This document shows positions 17,981-28,690 of a stretch of DNA of 64,000 bases, piece by piece. Source of the stretch: Candidatus Sericytochromatia bacterium (GTDB lineage Bacteria; Cyanobacteriota; Sericytochromatia; S15B-MN24; VGJW01); NCBI GenBank assembly GCA_035285865.1, contig JAYKHS010000022.1, positions 1-64,000 of the forward strand. The letters run 5' to 3'. Numbering within the stretch: position 1 is the first letter of the stretch; each line of letters begins with the position of its first letter. Below the pieces are notes generated by a model that searched no databases, was not told where the DNA came from, and worked only from the letters and a program-made list of their open reading frames with translations. A program made the translations under genes and the position numbers.

Positions 17981-18391
17981 TCAGCCCTTCATGTTGAGCC
18001 GGCCGGCACCCTTGCGTGCCTCGATCCGGATCAGAATGTCCTCGGCCTTGATGCCGCCCGAGATCTCGGCCCGTACCCAGTAACGCCCGGGGCCTTCGAT
18101 GTAGAGATCCTCGAAGCCTGTCCGGAAACCGACCCCACCGCCTTCGCTGTCGATGGCGACGGCCGCGTGCTCGAATTCGGCGAGCCGTTCCTTCTTGCTC
18201 GGGGACAGGACAGCGTGCTTGCAACTGTACTTGCCGGGCTTCAAATCGTAGAGGCTGCTGAGCACGACCAGATCAAGGTTGACGGGGAAGGTCTCGGCCA
18301 CCACGCGATGGATGGGGTGGATGAAGAGTTGCTTGTTGTTCGAGATGTCGACCTCGACGCTCTCGAACAGGGTGGTGGAGACGACAGGCAT
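17981..18391 (-). CDS. hypothetical beta-sandwich protein (DUF6941-like pattern)
   Basis: 136-aa ORF with strong GC3 bias; ..FEDLYIEGPGRYWVRAEI; RBS-like GGAAAGGGA. Confidence 0.7.
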   Translation of the reverse strand: MPVVSTTLFESVEVDISNNKQLFIHPIHRVVAETFPVNLDLVVLSSLYDLKPGKYSCKHAVLSPSKKERLAEFEHAAVAIDSEGGGVGFRTGFEDLYIEGPGRYWVRAEISGGIKAEDILIRIEARKGAGRLNMKG

Positions 18392-18469
18392 GGATATCCC
18401 TTTCCCGCCTCGGGGCGATGGCGGCCATGTACCCCCACGGAGACGCTGCCACACGCTACGGCGCGGTCC

Positions 18470-18499
18470 TTGCTCCCCGCTTGTCCTCCGGCGTATGAT
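18470..18499 (+). promoter_or_regulatory. sigma70-type promoter of the rpsB-tsf operon
   Basis: TTGCTC (18470-18475), 18 nt spacer, TATGAT (18494-18499). Confidence 0.55.
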
Positions 18500-18534
18500 G
18501 GTCGCCTGCGGCCATTAGTTTTCGGCCGCGGACA

Positions 18535-18612
18535 TCACGCACGCCACCGGACTGGACGCGGGCTCCCGGAAACGGGCCGACGACAGGTTGAGGGTGGCGG
18601 AGGAAAAGCCGG
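18535..18612 (+). ncRNA. rpsB (S2) leader cis-regulatory RNA
   Basis: CACGCA-CGCCACC (18542-18548) pairs with GGTGGCG (18593-18599), followed by GAGGAAAAGCC; this matches the architecture of S2 leaders upstream of rpsB. Confidence 0.6.
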
Positions 18613-18641
18613 GCTCCAGGGCCCACTCAGGAGTCGACAAC

Positions 18642-19418
18642 GTGTCCACCACGTCCATCAAGTCCCTGCTCGAGGCAGGCGTCCACTTCGGTCACCAGAC
18701 CCGTCGCTGGAATCCCAAGATGCGGCCCTTCATCCACGACGAGAAGAGCGGCATCTACGTCATCGATCTGCGCAAGACCTCGAAGATGCTCGACGCGGCC
18801 TACCGCTTCGTCCAGACCTCCGTCGCGGCCGGCAAGCAGGTCGTGTTCGTCGGCACCAAGAAGCAGGCGCAGGAGTGCATCCGCGAGGAGGCCGAGCGCT
18901 GCAACATGCACTTCATCAACATTCGTTGGCTGGGCGGCATGCTGACCAACTGGGCCACCATCGAGAAGCGCCTCGCCCGCCTTCGTGACCTCGAGTCCAA
19001 GCGCGCCGACGGCACCTTCGAGCGCCTCCCCAAGAAGGAAGTCATCCTCCTCGAGAAGGAAATCACCAAGCTCGAGCGGATCCTGGGCGGCATCAAGGGC
19101 CTGTCTCGCCGTCCCGACATCGTGTACATCGTGGACACCAACAAGGAGCACATCGCCGTCGCCGAGGCCCGGCGCCTGGGCATCCCGGTCGTGGCCATGG
19201 TGGACACCAACTGCGACCCCGATCTCGTGGACTGGATCATCCCGGCCAACGATGACGCCATCCGCTCCGTCAAGCTGATCACCTCGGCGATTGCCAATGC
19301 CGTCATCGAGGGTCGTCAGGGCGAGCAGCACGCGCCGCAGGGCGGCGGCATTTCGGCCGCGCTCACCGGCGACGAGGACCTGGCCGAGTCCGCGGCGGAG
19401 CCCGCCCAGGTCGGCTGA
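18642..19418 (+). CDS. rpsB: 30S ribosomal protein S2
   Basis: [35 protein letters not shown] and [12 protein letters not shown] start after AGGAG. Confidence 0.99.
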   Translation: MSTTSIKSLLEAGVHFGHQTRRWNPKMRPFIHDEKSGIYVIDLRKTSKMLDAAYRFVQTSVAAGKQVVFVGTKKQAQECIREEAERCNMHFINIRWLGGMLTNWATIEKRLARLRDLESKRADGTFERLPKKEVILLEKEITKLERILGGIKGLSRRPDIVYIVDTNKEHIAVAEARRLGIPVVAMVDTNCDPDLVDWIIPANDDAIRSVKLITSAIANAVIEGRQGEQHAPQGGGISAALTGDEDLAESAAEPAQVG

Positions 19419-19508
19419 TTCCGGCACAATTCCCGATGGGGGTCGCGCCCGAGGTGCGGCCCCCATCGTGGTATCATGGACCATTCCCCGTTGCTTTGAG
19501 GTGATGAC

Positions 19509-20174
19509 GTGACTGCGCAGACGACCGATGTTTCCGCCGCCAAGGTCAAGGAGCTCCGCGAGCTCACCGGCGCCGGCATGATGGAATGCAAGAAGGCCCT
19601 GGTCGAGACCGGGGGCGATGTCCAGAAGGCGGTCGACGAGCTGCGCAAGCGCGGCATCACCAAGGGCGCCAAGCTGTCCGGGCGTGTGGCTTCCGAAGGG
19701 GCCGTCACGTCCTACGTCCACATGGGCGGCAAGATCGGCGTTCTGGTCGAGGTCAACTGCGAGACGGACTTCGTCGGTCGCAGCCCTGACTTCGCCGACC
19801 TTTGCCGGGACATCGCGATGCACATTGCCGCCGCCGGCCCGCGTTTCGTGCGTCGCGAAGAGGTGCCTGCCGATGAAGTGGCCCGCGAGCGCGCGGTGTT
19901 GTCCGGTGGCGAGGACCTCAAGTCCAAGCCCGAGAACGTCCGCGAGAAGATCGTCGAGGGTCGGATCAACAAGTTCTACGAGGACATCTGCCTGCTCGAG
20001 CAGCCCTTCGTGAAGGATCCTTCCATCAAGCTGCAGGAGATGATCGCCCAGGCTCAGGCCAAGATCGGCGAGAAGATCGATGTCCGCCGCTTCGTGCGCT
20101 ACCAGCTTGGCGAGGGCCTCGAGAAGCGCAGCGACGACTTCGCTGCCGAGGTGGCGGCCCAGACGGGTCTTTGA
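19509..20174 (+). CDS. tsf: elongation factor Ts (short form)
   Basis: [19 protein letters not shown] and EVNCETDFV; 221 aa. Confidence 0.98.
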   Translation: MTAQTTDVSAAKVKELRELTGAGMMECKKALVETGGDVQKAVDELRKRGITKGAKLSGRVASEGAVTSYVHMGGKIGVLVEVNCETDFVGRSPDFADLCRDIAMHIAAAGPRFVRREEVPADEVARERAVLSGGEDLKSKPENVREKIVEGRINKFYEDICLLEQPFVKDPSIKLQEMIAQAQAKIGEKIDVRRFVRYQLGEGLEKRSDDFAAEVAAQTGL

Positions 20175-20175
20175 C

Positions 20176-20970
20176 GTGCTGGGGACCGGTCCATTGACTA
20201 CGCCGGACCCCGCGGCACGGGGGCTTCGGTACCGGCGGATCCTGTTGAAGCTGTCCGGCGAGGCGCTCATGGGCGCGCAGGGCTACGGCATCGATCCAGC
20301 CGTCATCGCCCAGCTAGCGCGTGAAGTCGCCGAGCTGCGCGCGGATGGCGTCGAGGTAGCTCTGGTCGTGGGCGGAGGCAATATCTTCCGTGGCCTCGCT
20401 GCCTCGGCCAAGGGCATGGACCGGTCGACCGCCGACTACATGGGCATGTTGGCCACGGTCATGAATTGCCTGGCCCTGCAGGACGGTCTCGAGAAGGTGG
20501 GTGTGCGGACCCGCGTCCAGAGCGCCATCGCCATGCATGAGGTCGCCGAACCGTTCATTCGCCGTCGGGCCGTGCGCCACCTCGAGAAGGGGCGCGTCGT
20601 CATTTTCGCGGCGGGTACGGGCAATCCCTACTTCACGACGGATACGGCAGCCGCCCTGCGCGCGGCCGAGATCGGAGCCGAGGTGCTGCTCAAGGCCACC
20701 AAGGTGGACGGAATCTACGATGCCGACCCACGGAAAAATCCTGATGCCGTGCGGTTCGACCACGTCTCGTTCCGCGAGGTGCTGGCCCGCGATCTCAAGG
20801 TCATGGATGCCACGGCGTTCTCGCTATGCCGGGATACGGGCATGCCCATCGTCGTCTTCGACATGTCGGTCGACGGCAACATCGCAAGGGTGGTTCGCGG
20901 CGAGCCCATCGGCACGATGGTCTCCGAAGCCGGACCCGACGGATCCGGAGGGGCCCATGGCCAAGGATGA
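20176..20970 (+). CDS. pyrH: UMP kinase
   Basis: [19 protein letters not shown] and GNPYFTTD; exact start uncertain. Confidence 0.97.
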   Translation: MLGTGPLTTPDPAARGLRYRRILLKLSGEALMGAQGYGIDPAVIAQLAREVAELRADGVEVALVVGGGNIFRGLAASAKGMDRSTADYMGMLATVMNCLALQDGLEKVGVRTRVQSAIAMHEVAEPFIRRRAVRHLEKGRVVIFAAGTGNPYFTTDTAAALRAAEIGAEVLLKATKVDGIYDADPRKNPDAVRFDHVSFREVLARDLKVMDATAFSLCRDTGMPIVVFDMSVDGNIARVVRGEPIGTMVSEAGPDGSGGAHGQG

Positions 20971-21550
20971 GAAGAAGCCCGAGGGCGCGGTGGATGGTGC
21001 GGCCCTGATCGTCGAGGCCGAAGGCCGCATGAAGAAGGCCGTCGACAGGGTGGTGCACGAGCTGGCCTCCATCCGCAGCGGCCGCGCCGTTCCGGCCCTG
21101 CTGGATCGTATCGAGGCCGAGTACTACGGCACGCCGACACCCGTGAAGCAGATGGCGACCATCAGTGCCCCGGATGCCCGGACGCTGATGATCACCCCTT
21201 ACGATCGTACGGCGCTCTCGGCCATCGAGAAGGCTATCCAGAAGTCCGATCTGGGCATCAATCCCGGCAACGACGGTCAGAACCTGCGCTTGGTCTTCCC
21301 TCCACCGACCGAGGAACGTCGCCGCGAACTGGTCAAGATCGCCAAGCGCGAGGCCGAGGAAGGCAAGGTCGTCGTGCGCAACGTGCGTCGTGACGAGAAT
21401 GATCGGGTCAAGGCCCTCGAGAAGAAGAGCGAGTTGACTCAGGACCAGTCCAAGGCCCTGCAGGACCAACTCCAGAAGTTGACCGATCGCACCACGGCCG
21501 AGATCGACCGGCTGGTCACGGCCAAGGAAGCCGAGATCCTGGAGATCTAG
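20957..21550 (+). CDS. frr: ribosome recycling factor
   Basis: [29 protein letters not shown] and PPPTEERR. Confidence 0.98.
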   Translation: MAKDEKKPEGAVDGAALIVEAEGRMKKAVDRVVHELASIRSGRAVPALLDRIEAEYYGTPTPVKQMATISAPDARTLMITPYDRTALSAIEKAIQKSDLGINPGNDGQNLRLVFPPPTEERRRELVKIAKREAEEGKVVVRNVRRDENDRVKALEKKSELTQDQSKALQDQLQKLTDRTTAEIDRLVTAKEAEILEI

Positions 21551-21825
21551 TGCTCCCTGAAGCCGAGCGGTTCACGGGTGCGCGTCTGGTCGACCTTCGC
21601 GTATGGCTCGAAGGCCGTCCGCACAGGATCGTGGTTCGCGTCGCCCCCCGTTCCGCAATCCGCGGTCTGGAGGATCGCCTGCCCTCCGGTTCCGGCCCGG
21701 ACTGGCGTGTCGTCAGGGTCTTCGAGCAGGATCAGATCTGGCAGGTGGACGTGACGCCCGGCAACCCCGAGGCCCTGCCTGTCGATCGGCATCGCCGCCC
21801 CGAGGAGACGCAGCGTGGACGCTGA
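21550..21825 (+). CDS. small hypothetical protein between frr and cdsA
   Basis: 91-aa ORF overlapping the frr stop and the cdsA start, fully filling the gap. Confidence 0.6.
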   Translation: MLPEAERFTGARLVDLRVWLEGRPHRIVVRVAPRSAIRGLEDRLPSGSGPDWRVVRVFEQDQIWQVDVTPGNPEALPVDRHRRPEETQRGR

Positions 21826-22849
21826 TCAGGCCATGGCAGCCGAAGGACCCCGCGAGCCCGTGGGCATCCGGGACAGGGCCAAATTCCGCAAGCGCCTGCT
21901 TTTCGGCCTCCTCGCCGCGGTCCTCGCCATCACCTTCGTGACGCTGGGCGGTCCTTGGCTTTTGGCCTTGCTGCTGGTGCTTGCCTGGTTTTCCTGCCGC
22001 GAGTACTTCGAACTGGTCGAGGCCAAGGGCTACCGACCCGCGACCCGGCTCGCGACCGTCTCGGCGCTTGCGATCATGGTGCTGACGGACCAGACGGGCA
22101 CCCGCTATCACGGGATGTTCGTGGCCGTTTCCATCATCCTGTGCTTCTTTGCGCTCATTCTCAGGGGGGCGCCGTGGTACCGGCAGGTGCCGCGCCTGGA
22201 GCTGCCCGAATCGCCCGAGGACAGGGCCGACATGGCTTCGATCGCGGATGTGGCCACGACTGCGCTTGGCATACTCTACTGCGGCTGGATGCCCAGCTTC
22301 GTCCTGATGTTGCGCAAGTTCGACCCCACGTCGCTGGACCCCGAGGACGTCCTCGGGACTGGCGCACTCGTTGAGGCCCTTCAGGGCTATCCCCACGGCC
22401 TCTGGATCACGCTGATGTTCTTCGCGGTTGTCATCGGGTCGGACTCGGGCGGTTTCTTCTTCGGCAAATTCCTGGGACGCCATCCGCTAATCGGTCCCCT
22501 CTCGCCTCGCAAGACGATCGAAGGAGCCCTCGGCGGCATCCTGACGGCCGTCCTGGGCGCCCTGGGCATCGCCGCGATGGCTCGTGCGTGGCCGGGTGGA
22601 CCCTCGCCCGAGAATTTGGCCAATCCCTTGTGCATCGCCCTCTTCGCGATTGTCGTGGCCATCACGGCGCAGGTCAGCGACCTGTCCGAGAGCCTGCTCA
22701 AGCGGGACGTGGGACGGCGGGATGCCGCGGAGCTGATTCCCGGCCACGGCGGGATGCTGGATCGGGTGGACGGCTACCTCCTTTCGGGGGCCGTGGCCTT
22801 CTGGTTCGTGCTCTTCTTCTGGCCCCTGCTGGCCGGGACGATGCGCTGA
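21815..22849 (+). CDS. cdsA: phosphatidate cytidylyltransferase
   Basis: SDSGGFFFGK..G, LSPRKTIEG, DLSESLLKR and IPGHGGMLDRVD. Confidence 0.95.
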   Translation: MDADQAMAAEGPREPVGIRDRAKFRKRLLFGLLAAVLAITFVTLGGPWLLALLLVLAWFSCREYFELVEAKGYRPATRLATVSALAIMVLTDQTGTRYHGMFVAVSIILCFFALILRGAPWYRQVPRLELPESPEDRADMASIADVATTALGILYCGWMPSFVLMLRKFDPTSLDPEDVLGTGALVEALQGYPHGLWITLMFFAVVIGSDSGGFFFGKFLGRHPLIGPLSPRKTIEGALGGILTAVLGALGIAAMARAWPGGPSPENLANPLCIALFAIVVAITAQVSDLSESLLKRDVGRRDAAELIPGHGGMLDRVDGYLLSGAVAFWFVLFFWPLLAGTMR

Positions 22850-24009
22850 TGGCTCTGCCCGCCCGACGCCGTCTGGTCGTGCTCGGTGCGACCGGGTCCA
22901 TCGGGCGTCAGGCCCTGGAGGTCGTGGCGGCCCATCCGGATCGCCTCGAGGTGGTGGGCCTGTCGGCTGGTCGGAATGTCGCTGCCTTGCGCGACTTGGC
23001 CGAGGCCTGGCCGGACGCTGCGCTTGCCGTGGCGGAGGCCTCCGACGCCAACGCGTTGGCTCGTGCGCTTGGCCGACCCGTGGCGCACGGCGTGGCGGGG
23101 ATGATTGAACTGGCTTCCGCCCCAGCTGTGGACGTCGTGCTCGTGGGCGTCAGCGGTGCCCTCGGTCTCGGGCCGACCCTGTCCGCGATCCGTGCCGGTC
23201 GCAAGGTCGCTTTCGCGAACAAGGAGACGCTGGTGGCCGCCGGCGATGTGGTCATGGAGGCCTTGGCAAACGCGCCGGAGGCCGAGTTGTGGCCCGTCGA
23301 CTCCGAGCACAGCGCGCTTTGGCAGTGTCTGCGTGGCGAGCCCATCGAGGCCGTCCGCAAGGTCGTACTGACAGCCTCTGGAGGCGCTCTGCGCGATCGT
23401 CCCCTCGAACGACTGGCGGAGGCGACCGTCGATCAGGTGCTCGCGCATCCGACCTGGCCTGCCATGGGACGCAAGATCACGGTCGACAGCGCCAACCTCA
23501 TGAACAAGGCCCTCGAGGTCATCGAGGCCCAGGTCCTCTTCGGCCTTCCGGTGGATCGCGTCGAGGTCCGGATTCATCCCCAGAGCGCGGTGCATGGCTT
23601 GGTCGAGTTCCGGGACGGTTCGGTCAAGGCCCAGATTGGCCCGCCGGACATGCGCATGCCCATCCAGGTCGCCCTGTTGCACCCCGAGCGTCCCGAGAGC
23701 CCTTGGCCCGGTGGGTCGTGGTCATCCTGGGATTTCCGGGACGTCGACCCCTTGCGCTACCCGGCGTTGGCGCTGGGCTACGAGGCCGGTCGTGCGGGCA
23801 GGGGTCTCCCGGCCGTGCTCAACGCGGCCAACGAGGTGGCTGCCGCGCGCTTCCTGTCCGGGGACGTCCCGTTCGGGGCCATCGTACCCATCGTCAAGGC
23901 CGTGATGGAGCGTCATCGCCCCGTGGACCTGCGTACCGAGGATGCGGTGTGGTCCCTAGATGCGTGGGCGCGTGACGAAGCGGCGGCCATGTCGCCCGTC
24001 ATCCGCTAG
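22849..24009 (+). CDS. dxr: 1-deoxy-D-xylulose-5-phosphate reductoisomerase
   Basis: LGATGSIG, ANKETLV, PVDSEH, MGRKITVDSA and NAANE. Confidence 0.98.
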   Translation: MALPARRRLVVLGATGSIGRQALEVVAAHPDRLEVVGLSAGRNVAALRDLAEAWPDAALAVAEASDANALARALGRPVAHGVAGMIELASAPAVDVVLVGVSGALGLGPTLSAIRAGRKVAFANKETLVAAGDVVMEALANAPEAELWPVDSEHSALWQCLRGEPIEAVRKVVLTASGGALRDRPLERLAEATVDQVLAHPTWPAMGRKITVDSANLMNKALEVIEAQVLFGLPVDRVEVRIHPQSAVHGLVEFRDGSVKAQIGPPDMRMPIQVALLHPERPESPWPGGSWSSWDFRDVDPLRYPALALGYEAGRAGRGLPAVLNAANEVAAARFLSGDVPFGAIVPIVKAVMERHRPVDLRTEDAVWSLDAWARDEAAAMSPVIR

Positions 24010-24055
24010 AATTCAGACACCGGCCCCAATCTCGGGAATCAGGAGTCCTTGACGG

Positions 24056-25162
24056 ATGACCATGCTTTTCAGCCGGCGCAAGACGCGCCAGATCCATGTG
24101 GGCAAGGTGCCTGTCGGTGGGGATGCGCCCATTGCCGTACAGAGCATGACCATCACGGACACCCGGGATGTCGAGGCCACGGCCGAAGGAGTGGCTGCTC
24201 TCGCGGATGCCGGAGCCGACATCGTGCGCGTGGCCGTCCCGGACATGACTGCGGCGAGGGCACTGGGAGGCATCGTGGCGCGCGCTCGCGTGCCGCTGGT
24301 GGCCGACATCCATTTCGACTACCGCCTGGCCCTGGAGGCCATCGCGCAGGGCGTTGCCTGCATCCGCCTCAATCCCGGCAACATCCCGCGCAGGGAGCAT
24401 GTCCGTCAGGTCGTGGCGGCCTGCCGCGAGCGGGCGATTCCGATCCGGATCGGCGTCAACCAGGGCTCGCTCGCGACCGAACTCATCGACCGCTTCGGGG
24501 GGCCTACCCCTGAGGCCATGGTTGAGAGCGCTCTTGGCCATCTGGCCATTCTGGCCGAGGAAGACTTCCACGACATCAAGATCAGCCTCAAGAGTCACGA
24601 TCCGGTCGTCGCCGTTACGGCCTACCGGATGCTGGCGGACCGCTGCGATCACCCCTTCCACATCGGCATCACCGAGGCCGGTACGCCGGCTGCCGGCATC
24701 GTCAAGAGCGCCGTGGGCCTCGGCACGTTGTTGTCGCTGGGGATCGGGGACACCCTGCGGGTCTCCCTGACGGCCGATCCGGTCGAAGAGGTCCGCGTGG
24801 GCTGGGAGATTTTGAAGAGCCTGGGTTTGCGTCAGCGGGGGGCCACGCTCGTCGCCTGCCCCTCCTGCGGCCGCTGCGAGGGCGATCTCATCGGCATGGC
24901 CGAGAAGGTCGAGCAGCACCTGGCCAAGGTCCAGGTCCCGCTCGCCGTGGCGGTCATGGGTTGCGTGGTGAATGGCCCGGGCGAGGGCCGCATGGCCGAC
25001 ATGGGCATCGCCCTTGGCAAGGGACGGGGCGTGCTCTTCAAGCAGGGCGAGGTCGTGGCCACGCTGGCCGAGGATGATCTGCTGCCGACGCTGCTGGGCG
25101 AAATCGACGCCGAGGTCGCGCGTCGGACCAGCGCGGATGCCAGCCAGCCCGCAGGGGCCTGA
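24056..25162 (+). CDS. ispG: HMBPP synthase (GcpE)
   Basis: QSMT, VADIHFD, RIGVNQGSL, CPSCGRC and MGCVVNGPGE. Confidence 0.98.
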   Translation: MTMLFSRRKTRQIHVGKVPVGGDAPIAVQSMTITDTRDVEATAEGVAALADAGADIVRVAVPDMTAARALGGIVARARVPLVADIHFDYRLALEAIAQGVACIRLNPGNIPRREHVRQVVAACRERAIPIRIGVNQGSLATELIDRFGGPTPEAMVESALGHLAILAEEDFHDIKISLKSHDPVVAVTAYRMLADRCDHPFHIGITEAGTPAAGIVKSAVGLGTLLSLGIGDTLRVSLTADPVEEVRVGWEILKSLGLRQRGATLVACPSCGRCEGDLIGMAEKVEQHLAKVQVPLAVAVMGCVVNGPGEGRMADMGIALGKGRGVLFKQGEVVATLAEDDLLPTLLGEIDAEVARRTSADASQPAGA

Positions 25163-25166
25163 GACT

Positions 25167-28100
25167 TCAGTCGGCCGCGCCGCAGGCAGCCAGTTCCCGC
25201 CGTGCGCCGAGTTGGCGGAAGCAGGCCGCAGCGTCGACGCGCAGCTGTTCGGCTTCAGGTCCCGCCACGTGTGGCATCAGGCGCAGCATAGCCTTGCCGA
25301 TCTCAAATTCGTTGCCTTGCTCGCGCAGCTGAGCCAAGGCTTCCCGGGCAGCAGCCACTGCTTCGTCCGTGCGCCCCTCCCCGTAGGTGACCTCGGCCAG
25401 ATAGCTGCGCGCCAGAGTCGTGGCGCTGGTGTTGCCTTGCGTCTCGCCCAGGACCACGGCCTTCTCGAGCGCTTCCCGGGCCTCGGCAAGGCGGTCGGCA
25501 CCCAGCAGCGCCCGGCCACGATGGCACCAGAGCTCGGGGGCGAACTCGTCCGCTCCGGTCTCTGCCATGAGCCGCAGACCCACGTCGAAGAGTTCCAGGG
25601 CCTGGACATGTTCTGACCGAACCATGTGCAGTTCAGCCAGATTGGCTGTGGCCGTAAGGCGGTCCAGCACGTTGCCCGTCTGCTCGGCCAGTTTCAGGGC
25701 CTGCTGGATGGCGCGTTCCGCACCGTCGTCATCGCCTGATTTCAACAGCAGGTCACCCAGGTTGTTGCTGGCCATGGCCAATTGGACACGGTCGCCCAGA
25801 CGCCGTGCCAGCATGACGGATCGTTCGAAGTGCTCGAGTGCCTCGCCCCAGCGGCCGCGTGCGATGGCCGCCACGCCAAGGTTGTTCGCACTCTTGGTCT
25901 GACCCTGGATGTCTCCGGCCTGTACCCGCAGGCGCATGGCCTCGGCGTGCTCGCGCATGGCCCCCTCGAGGTCTCCCTGGCGCCACAGGCACAGTCCGAG
26001 GACGCTGTGCATCAGGGCAGCTTCCGCCGAACGTCCCAGCTCTTCGAGGATGCCGTAGGCTTCCCGGGCCTTGGCCATGGCTTCCGGATACTGGCCCAGT
26101 CGCCGATGGATGTCGGCCATGCCGGCCATCGCGCGAGCTCGGGCAGCGGGGTCTTGGGTCAGCGCGCAAGCCTGAGCATAGGCCGTGATGGCGGGCTCCA
26201 GTTCTCCCTTGCGGTCCAGGAGGACGCCCTTGCATGCTGCAATCTCGGCCGTGACGATGCCCAGTTCGTCCAGTTCCCCGAGGGTTTGCTGGGCGGCGTC
26301 CAGGTTCCCCAACTGGGTCTCCGTGCGGGCCAGCCGCAACAGCAGGTCCGACCGGTCTGGCAGGTCCGGGGCGTCACCCGGGCACCGGGGCAGCCAGTCG
26401 AGCGCGGTACGCAGGGCTTTCTGGGCTTCGGCGTTCGCGAAGCCGGCGTGGGCCTGCTCTGCCGCACGGTCGAGGTAGCGTACCGTCGGCTCGGGTTCCT
26501 CTGCGCGCAGGAAGTGCTGGGCCAGCACCATGGGCTGGGTCTCGGCGATGCCCTGTTCCTCGAGGGCTCGGCCGACCTTGCGGTGCAGCTCCCTGCGATT
26601 GGCCAGCAGCAGGTTCTCGTAGGCGACCTCCTGGGCCATGGCCTGGTTGAAGCCGCAGCTGCCGTCGCTGCGTCGATGGAAGATCTTCTGCTCGATGAGG
26701 GCCTTGAGGCCGCTTTCGGGATCAGACCGGATGACTTCCCCGAGGAGCGCGGGTTCGAACTGGCGCCCGATGACGGCAGCCACCTGAACCCAGCGGCGCA
26801 GGCTGTCGTCCAGACTGTCGAGGCGTGCGGCGATGGCGCTGCGGACCGAGGTGGGCAAAGCGCCTTCGGCGCCGGGCGAGGACACGTTCCAGCCGGCCCC
26901 CTCGCGGACCAGAACGGCGCGATCAAGCAGGTGCTGCAGCATCTCGCCCAAGTAGAACGGATTGCCCTCGGCGCGTTCGAGGACCCGCTCGATCAGGCTG
27001 CGCACGGGGCTCGGCAGGTTGTCCGGCGTGCTGCTGAGCTGAAGGGCAGCCAGCGTAAGCGCCTCGTCGTCGGTCAGCGGCCGGAGGATGCATTCGCGAC
27101 AGCCGATGCTGGAGGAAAGTTGCTGCAGGCGGACAAGGCCTTCGGTCCGAGCAGCGAGGGCGACCATCACGCGCACGTCATCCTCGAGGGCCAGTCGGTC
27201 GAGGAAGCCGCCGATCCACTCGCACGTCGCATCGTCGGCCCAGTGCAGGTCTTCCAGCACCAACAACACGGGCGTCACGCGGGCCTCGGCGAGGACCAGC
27301 TCCGTCAGGCTCAGGAAGGCAGCCGTGCGCAGTTGTCGCGGCGAGAGGCCCGTGAGATCAGGATGCTGCAGCTTGAGGCCCAGGATGCTGCCCAGAAGTT
27401 CGGGCGCATGTTCGTCGCCGGGCAGGACTGTCGAGACCACCGCACGCAGATCCTCGCGCACCTGGTATTCGGGCCGGGATGCCGACATGCCGAGACGCCG
27501 CATGAGCAGGTCGGCGAGGCCTGCCTGGACCGTTTCCTGTTCGAAGGACAGGCAGCGGGCCCAAAGGACCCGGGCCGACTGACTGCGGATCTGGCGGGCG
27601 AAGTGGCGCAACAAGGCGGACTTCCCGCTGCCGGCGTCGCCCACGAGACGCACGGCCTGGGGCCTGCCTACGGCGGTCATGCCCCAGGCCTGATAGAGGA
27701 TGTCCTGGTCGTCGTCCCGGCCGATGAAGACCTCGTCCGCCTCATGGTCCGTCCGGCCCGAGTGGCCGACGGAGGCCACTTCATAGACCTCGACGGGCTC
27801 CAGGCGATCCTTGACCTTGACCGATTCCCGTGCGGCAAAGCTCGCGCCTTGGCCGATCAGTCTCATGGTGTCCTGGCTGACCAGGATTCTGCCGGGCTGG
27901 GCACCGGCCTCCATGGCCTGGGCCACGAGTACCGTGTCGCCTGTGACGGTATAGGAGGCACGTTGGTTGCCGCCGACCTGTCCGGCGACGACAAGGCCCG
28001 TATGGATGCCGATGCGTATCTTGAGCCCGATGCCGGTGCGCTCCTCGAGAGCGTCGGCGAACTCCTTTCCCTTGACCTGCATGTCCCACGCTGCGCGCAC

Positions 28101-28649
28101 GGCCCGTTCCGGGTCGTCCTCATGGGCAACGGGTGCCCCGAACAGTGCCATGATCGCGTCGCCGATGTACTTGTCGACAACTCCGCCATAGCGGTAGATC
28201 GGCTCGACCAGCACCTTGAAGAAGTCATTGATGATGCGGGTGACTTCCTCGGGGTCCAGCTTTTCGGACATGGCCGTGAAGCCCGTGACGTCGGTGAAGA
28301 GCACGGTGATGATGCGTCGGTCGCTGCTGGTGGCCGAGCCTGTCGGTGTAGGGGACGGGTATGCCACGGCCACGGCCGTCGTCGAGGGCGCTGTCGTGGC
28401 CACGGTAGAGAGGGGCGCGTCAGGCGCTGGAGCCGCTACCCGAGGCGGTGCGGGCCAAGGGGCTGGCGGGGCGTCGGCCGAGAGTGGCACGGATTCGACT
28501 TCGGCCCGGCACTGGCTGCAGAAACGAGCCGGAGCGTCCAGGCCTTCGCCACAGCGCGGGCAGGCCTTGCGCAGCCTGATGCCGCACTGGATGCAGAAGC
28601 GCTGCCCGGAATCAACGGGCACGCGGCAGCCGGGGCAGGAGTGTTTCAA
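25167..28649 (-). CDS. double zinc ribbon + class III nucleotide cyclase + AAA/STAND ATPase + TPR protein
   Basis: CxxC pairs; LFTDVTGFT and DKYIGDA; Walker A GDAGSGKS; EDLHWAD; GNPFY; TPR repeats. TTG start at 28649 inferred. Confidence 0.92.
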   Translation of the reverse strand: MKHSCPGCRVPVDSGQRFCIQCGIRLRKACPRCGEGLDAPARFCSQCRAEVESVPLSADAPPAPWPAPPRVAAPAPDAPLSTVATTAPSTTAVAVAYPSPTPTGSATSSDRRIITVLFTDVTGFTAMSEKLDPEEVTRIINDFFKVLVEPIYRYGGVVDKYIGDAIMALFGAPVAHEDDPERAVRAAWDMQVKGKEFADALEERTGIGLKIRIGIHTGLVVAGQVGGNQRASYTVTGDTVLVAQAMEAGAQPGRILVSQDTMRLIGQGASFAARESVKVKDRLEPVEVYEVASVGHSGRTDHEADEVFIGRDDDQDILYQAWGMTAVGRPQAVRLVGDAGSGKSALLRHFARQIRSQSARVLWARCLSFEQETVQAGLADLLMRRLGMSASRPEYQVREDLRAVVSTVLPGDEHAPELLGSILGLKLQHPDLTGLSPRQLRTAAFLSLTELVLAEARVTPVLLVLEDLHWADDATCEWIGGFLDRLALEDDVRVMVALAARTEGLVRLQQLSSSIGCRECILRPLTDDEALTLAALQLSSTPDNLPSPVRSLIERVLERAEGNPFYLGEMLQHLLDRAVLVREGAGWNVSSPGAEGALPTSVRSAIAARLDSLDDSLRRWVQVAAVIGRQFEPALLGEVIRSDPESGLKALIEQKIFHRRSDGSCGFNQAMAQEVAYENLLLANRRELHRKVGRALEEQGIAETQPMVLAQHFLRAEEPEPTVRYLDRAAEQAHAGFANAEAQKALRTALDWLPRCPGDAPDLPDRSDLLLRLARTETQLGNLDAAQQTLGELDELGIVTAEIAACKGVLLDRKGELEPAITAYAQACALTQDPAARARAMAGMADIHRRLGQYPEAMAKAREAYGILEELGRSAEAALMHSVLGLCLWRQGDLEGAMREHAEAMRLRVQAGDIQGQTKSANNLGVAAIARGRWGEALEHFERSVMLARRLGDRVQLAMASNNLGDLLLKSGDDDGAERAIQQALKLAEQTGNVLDRLTATANLAELHMVRSEHVQALELFDVGLRLMAETGADEFAPELWCHRGRALLGADRLAEAREALEKAVVLGETQGNTSATTLARSYLAEVTYGEGRTDEAVAAAREALAQLREQGNEFEIGKAMLRLMPHVAGPEAEQLRVDAAACFRQLGARRELAACGAAD

Positions 28650-28690
28650 GGCAGTCGTTCGAGAACGGTCGGACCCACCAAGGATACCCC

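Noticed and set aside
19434..19468. Strong hairpin between rpsB and tsf
   Set aside because: No U-tract; ordinary intergenic stem, and a -10 box (TGGTATCAT) follows it
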